A program made the translations under genes and the position numbers. The notes beneath the pieces are model-generated. The model was not told where the DNA came from, made no database searches, and was given only the letters and a program-made list of their open reading frames with translations. A stretch of DNA of 64,000 nt from Macrostomum lignano (lineage: Eukaryota), in the NCBI GenBank assembly GCA_002269645.1, contig NIVC01000033.1, positions 795,335-859,334 on the forward strand. Direction: 5' to 3'. Below are positions 12,239-24,655 of this stretch, piece by piece; position 1 is the first letter of the stretch, and each line of letters begins with the position of its first letter.

Positions 12239-15200
12239 TTACAGCGAGTGCGACAGCCATTCAAGCCTTGAGGCGCTGCTGTAATAGTTGTGCAGCAGCC
12301 ACTGCCACTCCAGGGCCTGGTAGCGCTGCTCGCTCAGGTACAGCGGCTTGCCGCGTCTGCAATGCCCAATTAGCAGGATTATGGATTTACTGAGCTCATT
12401 CGCAATCATTCATTTAGAGGAACATCGATTCGGGTATATCGTAAATAGACTATATATAGTGGGAGGTTACTATCCATGAGAGGTCATTGACCCTGGCTTA
12501 TTTTAAGGAGGTCACTGACCATAGATTTATCTAGAAGTCATTGACCTCAATTTATCTGGGGGGTCAGCGATCATGACTTATCTAGGAGAGGTCATTGACC
12601 CCGGATTGTTTTAAGGAGGATACTGACACTGATTTACCTAGGAGAGGTCATTGACCCCGGCTTGTTTTAAGGTGGTCACTGACCCTGATTTATCTAGGAG
12701 AGGTCATTGACCCCGGCTTGTTTTAAGGAGGTCACTGACCCTGATTTACCTAGGAGAGGTCATTGACCCCGACTTGTTTTAAGGAGGTCACTGACCCTGA
12801 TTTACCTAGGAGAGGTCATTGACCCCGGCTTGTTTTAAGGAGGTCACTGACCCTGATTTACCTTGGAGAGGTCATTGACCCCGGCTTGTTTTAGGGAGGC
12901 CACTGACTTTGATTTACCTAGGAGAGGTCATTGACCCCGGCTTGTTTTAAGGTCACTGACCCTAATTTTTCTGGGGTGGTCAGCGATCCTGACTCATCTA
13001 GGAGAGGTCATCGATCTCGATTTACCAGGGAAAGGTCATATAGAATTTGTGAGATATGAAATCCTCACCTGAGCTCCTCGTCCTCCTCTCCGAACTCGTC
13101 CACGTACAGCGAGCCCCAGCGCAGCGCCAGGCCGTGGGTGAAGACCCACACGAACGAGGAGTCCACCACCAGCACGGGGCAGTGGCCGGCGCCGCACAGC
13201 ACGGAGTGTCGGTGGCACTCGCCAACCGTGTCCTCGCCGTGTCGGGCTTGGCAGCAGGGCGAATTGAAGCAGAGAAACTCGCCGCAGACCAAGCAGACGG
13301 CCGGTGGGCGGGGCGCTGATCGCAGTGGCGGCAGGCGCGGCTCCGGTTGGCGCTGAACACAGCGTCGTAGGCCGGGGGCAGCGGGATGAGGCGCGGAGGC
13401 TGCAGCTCGCTGGGCAGGGCCAGCCGGTCAGTCAGGCAGGCGATCGGCCGGCGCTGCGGCGGCGACACCGCGGCGAGCCAGGCGGCCGCAAGGCGGTCCA
13501 GGCCGGCGGAGTCCAGCGGGGTGAACAGGCGGGCGGGGGAGCAGCCGCTGCAGCTGCTGGGAGGCTGCGGCGGTGCGGATTCGCCAGCCGATGAAGCCGC
13601 CGAGGACTCCACCTGCTGCTGCTGCTGCTGCTGGCAGAGGCCGAGCCGGTGGCTGAGCTCCGAGAAGGCAGCCGACGGAGACGGCGGCGGCGGCGGAGGC
13701 GGCTGAGTCACGTGACCGAGAAGCAGGGCGGCGAGTCGCAGCAGGGGGGCGAGACGCGACTCAAGGCAGGTGCTCAGGTCGGCCAGGCTGCGGACGGTCG
13801 GCGGCGGGCCCGACTGGGGGGGGACAGCCGGGGGATCGGCTTTGATGAAGCAGTGAGCGCGTGGCATGAAAAAGCTTGCAAAACTGCTCGACTATTAACG
13901 CGTGACCGGACAGAGCAGCCCTTGTCCACGCCGGTGCAAAAGTACATTCACGATAAAGACCTCTGTACCCCCGACCAGACTCAATGTACATTCACGACAA
14001 AGACCTCTCTACCCCCGACCAGACTCAATGTACATTCACGACAAAGACCTCTCTACCCCTGACCAGACTCAATGTACATTCACGACAAAGACCTCTCTAC
14101 CCCTGACCAGACTCAATGTACAATCACGACAAAAACCTCTCTTCCCCCGACCAGACTTGATACGCTAGAGAAGATTTCAACAAAAATGATAAAGGCTGCT
14201 AATCAACCAAGACCCTCACCAGCTGAGGCTGCCTGCTAGAGGCCATCTGTCGTAGAAGCGGCTCCGCGTGCTTCAGCATCACCCGGACGTGCTCGGCCAG
14301 CTGCGGATCCTCCGCTCCGGCCTGGTGCTGCCACAGCAACCGCTCCTGCCGGGTGGCGGACACGAGCTCGGCCAGCAGGGCCTGCACGTAGGCCAGGTTG
14401 TAGGCCGCTGCCAGGGCGGCGAACCACTGCTGCTTCTTGCAGACCGCGGTCAGCACCAGCAGCACCAGCATCTTGCCTGGTTGGGGTGGGGCGGGTCGTC
14501 ATGCTAAATGGTATGGAGTGGACACACGGGAGACAAGCAGCACACAGCTTGGGGGAATGCAACCGGCATGCCTATGCTTGTTGGGGGTGCGGGGTGCAGA
14601 CAGACAGACGTGTGCATAGGACTTGGGCGTGCATTGGCCGTACAGTGATGACTGTAACGGCTAGACAAAGACAGGTGCCTGGGGGACTGAGGAGTGCGAG
14701 TAACAGATAGAGAGACACTACACGTAACAGATAAGCAGCGAAGATGCGATGGACACAGCGGACACAAACAGACACAGCGGCGGACACAATAGACACAGCG
14801 GACACAAACAGACACAGCGGCGGACACAATAGACACAGCGGCGGACACAATAGACACAACGGACACAAACAGACACAGCGGCGGACACAATAGACACAGC
14901 GGACACAACAGACATAGTGGACACAACAGACACAGTGGACACACAAGACACGGCAGACACACAACAGACACAGCGGCAGACACAACAGACACAGCGGCCA
15001 CTGAAACCCACCGGGGTCCTGCAGCAGCAGCGGCTGGAACGCAGCGGCCCGATCACCGGAGTCCTGCTCAGCCCCGTCAGCGGAAGGCGCAGCGCTGACG
15101 CAGCCGGTCATAAAGTGGTCCAGAAAGCCGGCCAGGAAGCCCGAGGACTCCCGCCTGTAAAGCTCGTACGCGGCCTTCCGCATGAGGAAGCGCAGCAGGC

Positions 15201-18200
15201 GGCCGGTGCAGCACCTGGACAGGTACCGGGCGTGCAGCCGGTCATCCCGGATGTCCAACAGGCAGAGCTCCAGGCGCAGGTTGGTCAGCAGGATGCCAGC
15301 CCAGAATGACCAGCGCTCGTGATCTGTAGTCGGGGGAGGCGCAGGACTCCACAGCTGAGCGAGCGACAGCAGCTGGCCGGAGGCGGTCTGCACCGGCTTG
15401 GCCAGGATGTCCGCCTCCGCCGCCGCCAGGTCCCGCAGCAGAGGCGCCTGCGGACTGGGCGGGCCCTCCCAGGCCACGCCGGGGCAGACCGGCAGCACCA
15501 AGTTGAAGGTCTGGCGGCACAGCGGGCAGGGGAACAGCCGGGCCTGCTGGTCCAGGCCCCGGATGTAGGGCAGCACGCAGTCTGTGTGGACGCTGTGGCC
15601 GCAGCTGGTGACCACGATGCCCCAGCGCAGCTCCGTCAGCGCCTCCGACCAGTGCGAGGCCTCCAGCATGGCTGACAGCCGGAGCCGCGCCGCCGTCCGG
15701 CAGGTACGGTGCGCCAGCACCGAGGACGGCTGTGCGTGGGCGAGCAGCGCGAACGGCGACTGCGGGCCGCTGCCGCCGCCAGGGCTGGCCGAGTCCGGCC
15801 GGCCTTTCTGGCAGATGCAGCACTCGGTGCAGTCGCCGGCGTCCGCTTCCGACGTCTCCATTGCCGACGAAGAGTCGGCGGCGGCGACGGAGACCGGCGT
15901 GGCTGCCTTGCTGCCGTCGGACTGATCGGCCGGTGGCTGCAAGCTGGCCGCGAAGGCCCTCTGCTGCGCCATCATGCGCTCCATCAGCTTGCGCTTGCGC
16001 TCCTCCACCGCCGACCGGCGATCGTCCACCGACACTGAAGCTGGGACGAAAAATTAAATGTTGAATGTCGGTGTAAGGGGATCAGGGTATGTCGGTTGGG
16101 AAACGGATGTCGGAGCTGGGAAACCGGATGTCGGAGCTGGGAAAACGGATGTCAGAGTTGGGAAACCGGATGTTGGAGTTGAGAAAACGGATGTCGGAGT
16201 TGGGAAACCAGATATCGGAGTTGGGAAACCGGATGTCGGGGCTGGGAAACCGGATGTCGGAGTTGGGAAGCCGGATGTCGGAGTTGAGAAACCAGATGCC
16301 GGAGTTTGGAAACTGGATGTTGGAGTTGGTAAATCGGATGTTGTAGTTAGGAAATCGGATGTCGGAGTTGGGAAACTGGATGTCGGAGTTTGAGCAAGGG
16401 CTAACCATGGTCGGGGGCGGAGCGGTCCTGGCTGCCAACACCAAGTAGCAGGCGCAGTCGGTCATGATTTTCGGACCCAGCAGGGCAGGCCAGGCTGATG
16501 ACTCGGCGCAGAAAATCGCGACCTTCGCCAACTCGACGCCTGTCGGTGACGCGGCAGTTGGCCAGCTCGGACAGGGTCGGGTTGGCCCCGTCTGACAGCT
16601 GGCGATGCGCGGCCAGCAGCAGAGACAGAAGACTGACAGGCTGCTGCGGCTCCGGCTGGCAGGAGACCGACACCTCGTGGCTGATGTTCACCCGCATGTC
16701 GTGCGACGGAAAGCTGAGGTCCGTCTGTAGAAGAGTTTTGCTTATTGTCACGCGCTGCTCTCATGAGAGCTCACGTTCTGCGGTACTGAAGGCCTCGGGC
16801 TCTTCCTCTAATCTCTTTCTGTCTACTCTCTCACTATCTCACTCTAATATCACGCTCTATCTAATCTCACTCTCCATCTAATCTCACCCTCTCCATCTGA
16901 TCTCACCCTCTCTATCTGATCTCACTCTCTCTATCTGATCTCACCCTCTCTATCTCACTCTCCATCCAATCTAACTTTCTCCGTCTAATCTCATCCTCTT
17001 CATCTAATCTCACCCTCTCTATCTAATCTCACTCTCTCCGTCTAATCTCATTCTTGAATCTAATCGCGCTCTTCAATCTAATCTCACTCTTCAATCTTAT
17101 CTCACCCTCTGAATCTTATACGACTCTCTTCATCTAATCTCACCCTCTCAAATAAATCTCACCCTCTCTATTTAATCCTTTTCTTAATCTAATCTCACTC
17201 TCTCCATCAATCTCACCTCAGCATCCTCAGTGTAGCTGTCTGTGTTGGCGTCGCGCCGCGGCACAACCAGGGCCAGTTCGATGAGAAACACCACCAGAGA
17301 CAGGGTGCCGCTTCTGATTGGCTGCTGATTGTGTACAAACTAGACGCGGGTGGGGTGTGTGAATCACTCTATTGGTGCATGAAGACATGTTATCTCTTGA
17401 GCCATTAATAAATACTTATGTTATCACTGTCAATCACTGTCAATGCGATTGCGTTGTCTTGATCTGTTTCCCAAATTTCTTAATACTTATTGAGAATCAG
17501 CTGCAGTGCAAAATCCTATTTACGCTACACATTGGCAGTTGACTCAACACGAAACTAAGTAATAGAAGGGATAATTCCGGATTCGGGATAAGTCGGAATT
17601 CCGGATAAGTCGGGATTCGAGATAAGTCGGGATTCGGGATGATTTGGGATAATTTGAGATTAGGGATAATTCGGGATAAGTCGGGATTCGGGAAAAGTCG
17701 GGATTCGGGAAAAGTCGGGATTCGGGAAAAGTCGGGATTCGGGAAAAGTTGGGATCCAGGACGAGTCGGGATTCGGGACGAGTCGGGATCCGGGACGAGT
17801 CGGGATTCGGGACGAGTCGGAATTCGGGAAAAGTCGGGATTAGGGATAAGTCTGGATTAGGGATAAGTCTGGATTAGGGATAAGTCGGGATTCGGGACAG
17901 GTCGGGATTAGGCGGGATAAGTCGGGATTAAGGATAAGTCGGAATTCGGGATAAGTCGGGATTCGGGATAAGTCGGAATTCGGGATAAGTCGGGATTCGG
18001 GATAAGTCGGGATTCGGGATAAGTCGATCCCACCAGAGCACTTATTCGAGCTAGCTTTTGAGATCCCAAACTCTGCAACACTGCACCGGTCTCTTAGACC
18101 GCCTAACCTTGTACAGCAGGGCCAGCAGCCGGGAGTGCAGCGCCGCCGTGTGCAGAATGTCAGTCACACCGGCCAGGTACTCCGGCAGCTCCGCCCGCTC

Positions 18201-21200
18201 GGCCACAGTTGGAAGGCGATACGGCGGCCAGGCCTGAAAGTCGCGGCGGCGCTCGCGAGGGCCCCCCTCGCCGGCAGAGCAGCAGCGGCTGTAGCGGTCC
18301 AGGCTGGCCTGGAAGTGCCGCCGGTGCGCGCACCGCAGGCTCGTCATCAGCGGGTCGAAGCCGTCCAGCCACACCTGCGGCCGCGGCCGGTACACCGGGG
18401 CGGCCAGGATGTCGGCCGGTGACGAGGAGGCGGCGACAGCGGCGGAGGTGGCAGCCGTTGATGAGGCGGCGGAGGCTGAGCACAGCTCCGTCAACCGGGC
18501 CAGCACCGGCTGCAGGGCCGCCGACTGTCGGCCGGGCTCGTGGTGCGCCGAGTCCCGCTCTGGCAGGCTGTCCACCAGCTGCGAGTGGGTGCGGTCCTCC
18601 ACGCACACGGCCACCGTGACCTCGCGCTCCAGCTGGCCGGCCGGGTCGCGGGCCAGCCGACTGGCCGGACACAGGCAGAGCAGCCAGGCCAGCAGCTGGA
18701 GGCCCCACTCGGCCATGCCGGCCGCGCGGTCCGCGTTGCCCGCGCCTGGGGGTGGGGGGGGGAGTGAGAGGCGGAAGATGGAAGCGACGTCAATAAAAGC
18801 TGCTCTCAAAACGCCACATATCGCTGCGTTAGGGCATGGCACAATCAGCAGATAGCATCCTGTGGATTTTTTCGTCACATGCCAGGCTTTAATTTAGGCT
18901 ACCAGCCTCCCAGATCCTCAGTTGCTAGGCCAGCCTCCCAGATCCTCAGTTGCTGGGCCAGCCTCCCAAAACCTCAGTTGCTGGGCCAGCCTCCCAGATC
19001 CTCAGTTGCTGGGCCAGCCTCCCAGATCCTCAGTTGCTGGGTCAGCCTCCCAGATCCTCAGTTGCTAGGCCAGCCTCCCAGATCCTCAGTTGCTGGGCCA
19101 GCCTCCCAGATCCTCAGTTGCTGGGCCAGCCTCCCAGATCCTCAGTTGCTGGGCCAGTCTCCCAGATTCTCAGTTGCTGGGCCAGCCTCCCAGATCCTCA
19201 GTTGCTGGGCCAGTCTCCCAGATTCTCAGTTGCTGGGCCAGCCTCCCAGATCCTCAGTTGCTGGGCTAGCCTTCCAGATCCTCAGTTGCTGGGCCAGCCT
19301 CCCAGATCCTCAGTTGCTGGGCCAGCCTCCCAGATCCTCAGTTGCTGGGCCAGCCTCCCAGATCCTCAGTTGCTGGGCCAGCCTCCCAGATCCCCAGTTC
19401 CACACCCAGCCAGCAGAACTAACCAATAAAGGCATTGTCGCCGGCTGCGGCCCTGAGGCTGACCAGCTCATCCAGGTGCAGCAGGCGGAACAGGCAGCGC
19501 ACGGTCTGGGCTCGGTCCGGCAGCAGCGCGATGGCCAGCTGGACCAGGTGGAGGTCCAGGTCCACCAGCGAGCAGCAGAAGCTGCTGTGCACGTAGGTCA
19601 TGGCCTGGCCCTGAGAGCGGTTGGGGCGATTTTCATGTGATTAATATAGGCGATTGCCTGGTGGGGTGTGGGGGGAGATTGTCAGATGAGGTATGGGGGG
19701 GGGAGATTGTCAGGTGAGGTGTGGGGGGGAGATTGTTAGGTGAGGTGTGGGGGGGGAGCTTGACAGGTGAGGTGTGGGGGGGAGCTTGTCAGGTGAGGTG
19801 TGGGGGGGAGCTTGTCAGGTGAGGTGTGGGGGGGAGCTTGTCAGGTGAGGTGTGGGGGGGGGAGCTTGTCAGGTGAGGTGTGGGGGGGGAGCTTGTCAGG
19901 TGAGGTGTGGGGGGGGGAGCTTGTCAGGTGAGGTGTGGGGGGGGAGCTTGTCAGGTGAGGTGTGGGGGGGGAGCTTGTCAGGTGAGGTGTGGGGGGGAGC
20001 TTGTCAGGTGAGGTGTGGGGGGGAGCTTGTCAGGTGAGGTGTGGGGGGGGGAGCTTGTCAGGTGAGGTGTGGGGGAGCTTGTCAGGTGAGGTGTGCGGGA
20101 GATTGTCAGGTGGATGCGGAATCCTGGTAGTGTCAGGCGGTCTGAAATTCAGAATGAAAATTGCCCACCTTCATCTGCAGGCCGTTGCGCAGCCACAAAT
20201 CAGCGCTGATCTCGCAGTAGCCAATCAGAGCTCGCAGCGGAGGCAGCAGGAAGTTGTTAACAGGCGATATGAGCTCAGCAGCCACCGCGGAAATGTCCAC
20301 GCCGCCAACACTGGCATCTCCGCTGCCCCCGGTCGCCAAATCCGGTAGGGCGCAGAAGAAAGCAGAAATGAGGCGGTGCAGCGGCAGGTGGAAGGACAGG
20401 CGCGACTCGCGGTAGCCGCAGTCCAGGCAGCCGCTGCGGACCACGGCGGAGGCACTGCGCAGCACGGCGAGGGCCAGTCTGGGGTCCGGCTTGGCCCAGG
20501 CCCACAGGGTCCACAGGGTGCAGGCTGCGATCTCATTGTCGGCCGCGAATGCGCTGTAGTAAGCCTGGGGCGTGGTGAGGGATGAAGAGTGACTAAGGCC
20601 AGCCTTCGGGAGTCGTCATGGGGATCTGGGAGGCTGGCGGTGGCTCAGCAACTGAGGATCTGGGAGGCTGGTCCAGCAACTGACACTCTGGGAGGCTGGC
20701 CCAGCAACTGACACTCTGGGAGGCTGGCCCAGCAACTGACACTCTGGGAGGCTGGCCTAGCAACTGACACTCTGGGAGGCTGGCCCAGCAACTGACACTC
20801 TGGGAGGCTGGCCTAGCAACTGACACTCTGGGAGGCTGGCCCAGCAACTGACACTCTGGGAGGCTGGCCCAGCAACTGACACTCTGGGAGGCTGGCTGGT
20901 CCAGCAACTGACACTCTGGGAGTCTGGTCCAGCAACTGACACTCTGGGAAGCTGGCCCAGCAACTGACACTCTGGGAAGCTGGCCCAGCAACTGACACTC
21001 TGGGAGGCTGGCCCAGCAACTGACACTCTGGGAGGCTGGTCCAGCAACTGACACTCTGGAAGGCTGGCCCAGCAACTGACACTTTGGGAGGCTGGCCCAG
21101 CATGTGGTAGCAATATAGAAGGCGATGTAGGACAAGGTGCAAAGCAGTCTCAATCCAATTCACCCTCGAGTTGTCGAACTCAAGCGCGGCAGCCACAGCC

Positions 21201-24200
21201 CGGGTGCTGCTGTTGGCCAGGTGCAGCCGGCCCAGCATTGCTGTGTAGTGCGCAAGCAGGCTTTCGGAGCCCAGCAACCGCATAGCAACGGGTTTGTGAA
21301 CCAGCATGTTGACCAGGTCGCTGACTACGGGCCAATAGCGGTGCTCCATCATGATGGGGTTCTCGACCAGTGCAGGAAGCAGGGGGCCTAGTGAATTGAA
21401 AGGCCAAGATTTAGGCAACACACTGAGGAAATCAATGACCAGAACACTGAGGCAATGACCAGAACACTGAGGCAATGACCAGAACACTGAGGCAGTGACC
21501 AGAACACTGAGGCAATGACCAGAACACTGAGGCAATGGCCAGAACACTGAGGCAATGACCAGAACACTGAGGCAATGACCAGAACACTGAGGCAATGACC
21601 AGAACACTGAGGCAATGACCAGAACACTGAGGCAGTGACCAGAACACTGAGGCAATGACCAGAACACTGAGGCAATGGCCAGAACACTGAGGCAATGACC
21701 AGAACACTGAGGCAATGACCAGAACACTGAGGCAATGACCAGAACACTGAGGCAGTGACCAGAACACTGAGGCAATGACCAGAACACTGAGGCAATGGCC
21801 AGAACACTGAGGCAATGACCAGAACACTGAGACAATGACCAGAACACTGAGGCAATGGCCAGAACACTGAGGCAGTGACCAGAACACTGAGGCAATGACC
21901 AGAACACTGAGGCAATGACCAGAACACTGAGGCAATGGCCAGAACACTGAGGCAATGACCAGAACACTGAGGCAATGACCAGAACACTGAGGCAGTGACC
22001 AGAACACTGAGGCAATGACCAGAACACTGAGGCAATGACCAGAACACTGAGGCAATGACCAGAACACTGAGGCAGTGACCAGAACACTGAGGCAATGACC
22101 AGAACACTGAGGCAGTGACCAGAACACTGAGGCAATGACCAGAACACTGAGGCAATGGCCAGAACACTGAGGCAGTGACCAGAACACTGAGGCAATGACC
22201 AGAACACTGAGGCAATGACCAGAACACTGAGGCAATGGCCAGAACACTGAGGCAGTGACCAGAACACTGAGGCAATGACCAGAACACTGAGGCAATGACC
22301 AGAACACTGAGGCAATGGCCAGAACACTGAGGCAATGGCCAGAACACTGAGGCAATGACCAGAACACTGAGGCAATGACCAGAACACTGAGGCAATGACC
22401 AGAACACTGAGGCAATGACCAGAACACTGAGGCAGTGACCAGAACACTGAGGCAATGACCAGAACACTGAGGCAGTGACCAGAACACTGAGGCAATGACC
22501 AGAACACTGAGGCAATGGCCAGAACACTGAGGCAGTGACCAGAACACTGAGGCAATGACCAGAACACTGAGGCAATGACCAGAACACTGAGGCAATGGCC
22601 AGAACACTGAGGCAGTGACCAGAACACTGAGGCAATGACCAGAACACTGAGGCAATGACCAGAACACTGAGGCAATGGCCAGAACACTGAGGCAATGGCC
22701 AGAACACTGAGGCAATGACCAGAACACTGAGGCAATGACCAGAACACTGAGGCAATGACCAGAACACTGAGGCAATGACCAGAACACTGAGGCAGTGACC
22801 AGAACACTGAGGCAATGACCAGAACACTGAGGCAATGACCAGAACACTGAGGCAATGACCAGAACACTGAGGCAATGACCAGAACACTGAGGCAGTGACC
22901 AGAACACTGAGGCAATGACCAGAACACTGAGGCAGTGACCAGAACACTGAGGCAATGACCAGAACACTGAGACAATGACCAGAACACTGAGGCAATGGCC
23001 AGAACACTGAGGCAATGACCAGAACACTGAGGCAATGGCCAGAACACTGAGACAATGACCAGAACACTGAGGCAATGACCAGAACACTGAGGCAATGACT
23101 AGCTGACAGTCGGCCTCACCATCCAAGCTGGCCGGAGCAAAGCTGGCGGGCAGGGCGGCCCCGGCAGAGCTGCTGGCGGCCAGCACGAAGTCCAGCCCGA
23201 TGAGCACCCGCTCCAGCAGGGCGTGCCTCTCGCACATGAGCTGACAGAGGCTGGCAGCGGACAGCAGCTGCACGGAGATGTGCACCACCCGGTAGGACAG
23301 GTTGGCCTGGTAGCTGCCGGAGCTGCCGGAGCCTGGCGGCTTGTTGTCGCTGCCGCACAGGACCGACACCAGCCGCAGGTAGTGGTTGGAGAAGGCCGCG
23401 GCAAACGGGGCTTTGAAGGCGCGAATGGGCAGAGCGGCGAGCAGCAGGCTGATGAGCGGCTGCGGAAACTTGGCCTTCACCATCCAGAAGGTCAGCTCGT
23501 CTAGCAGGCTGCGGTGGCGAAGGCCTTCGACTATGGGCTGGCCGCCCACTGTTGGCAATGATGGATTTGGTTAATTTGGCAACATTTGCAATCCAGCTAC
23601 TTATAGCCTTAGTAGTATCATCATTTCATTTTTGCGGACTCTGATGCGGCGCTTGAATTGAGACACAACCCAAAAACATACAGAACAAAGCAAGAGACAC
23701 AACCTGACAAGCACGAGCTAAAGGACACAATCTGGTAGACACAATGCAAAAGACAATTTGGCAGACACGAGGCAAAAGACACAATCTGACAGACACAAGG
23801 CAAAAGACACAATCTGACAGACACAAGGCAAAAGACACAATCTGACAGACACAAGGCAAAAGACACAAACTGACAGACACAAGGCAAAAGACACAAACTG
23901 ACAGACACAAGGCAAAAGACACAATCTGACAGACACAAGGCAAAGACACAATCTGACAGACACGAGGCAAAAGACACAATGTGACAGACACAAAGCAAAA
24001 GACACATTCTGAATGACAGGAGGCAAAGACACAATCTAACAGACACAAGGCAAAAGACACAATCTGACAGACATGAGGCAAAAGACACAATCTGACAGAC
24101 ACGAGGCAAAAGACACAATCTGACAGACACGAGGCAAAAGACACAATCTGACAGACATGAGGCAAAAGACACAACGGTCAAAGTCAAAGTCATTGAAAGC

Positions 24201-24606
24201 CGACAGACTTTGTGTCTCAGCGGAAATTCCCCAGCAACTCACGCTGCACCGACCCATCGTCCGGCAGCACGGACATCAACTGGCCAATCGCGTCGGTGTA
24301 GTTGTCATGGCAACTGGCAAAGTCGGAGTCCAGCTCCGAGTCAGCGTAGATTCGCCGGTGGCAGCTGTGGGCAGCCGGCGTTGACAGGCTGGCGCTGTAC
24401 AGCCGCTCGTCTGTGAGGGCACCGCACAGAATCCTGTGAATACCAGCGCCGAGGTCCGTCATCTGTTTGAGCAGGTCGAACAGCCAGCCGGCGCCTGAGA
24501 TGCAATCGTCTGCTGAGACTTCGTGGTTGCGGCTGCACAGTTGAAGGGTTGGATGGTTAAGCAGAGGGAGAGCAAACTGACGCCCGAGCAGAGAGGGAAG
24601 ACAGGC

Positions 24607-24655
<49 letters not shown>

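Larger units (their letters stand above)
764..14443. repeat. tandem segmental duplication: copy A 764-8010, copy B 8011-14443
   Basis: ORF pairs offset by 7247 bp (e.g. 1265..2005 vs 8512..9252, identical translations). Junction ...TTCTTGCAGA|TCAAGCGCAAG at 8010/8011 joins UBR3 exon 13 sequence (cf. 14434-14443) to RT sequence (cf. 764 onward). Confidence 0.93.

Noticed and set aside
14917-18855. Numerous 100-190 aa ORFs antisense or off-frame to UBR3 exons
   Set aside because: Expected shadow ORFs of very GC-rich coding exons.
20813-23558. 560-760 aa ORFs with [20 protein letters not shown] repeats
   Set aside because: The 20 bp unit has no stop on minus, so all three frames stay open. Only the flanking parts are real UBR3 exons 5 and 6. 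The intron is 1732 nt, so retention would frameshift.
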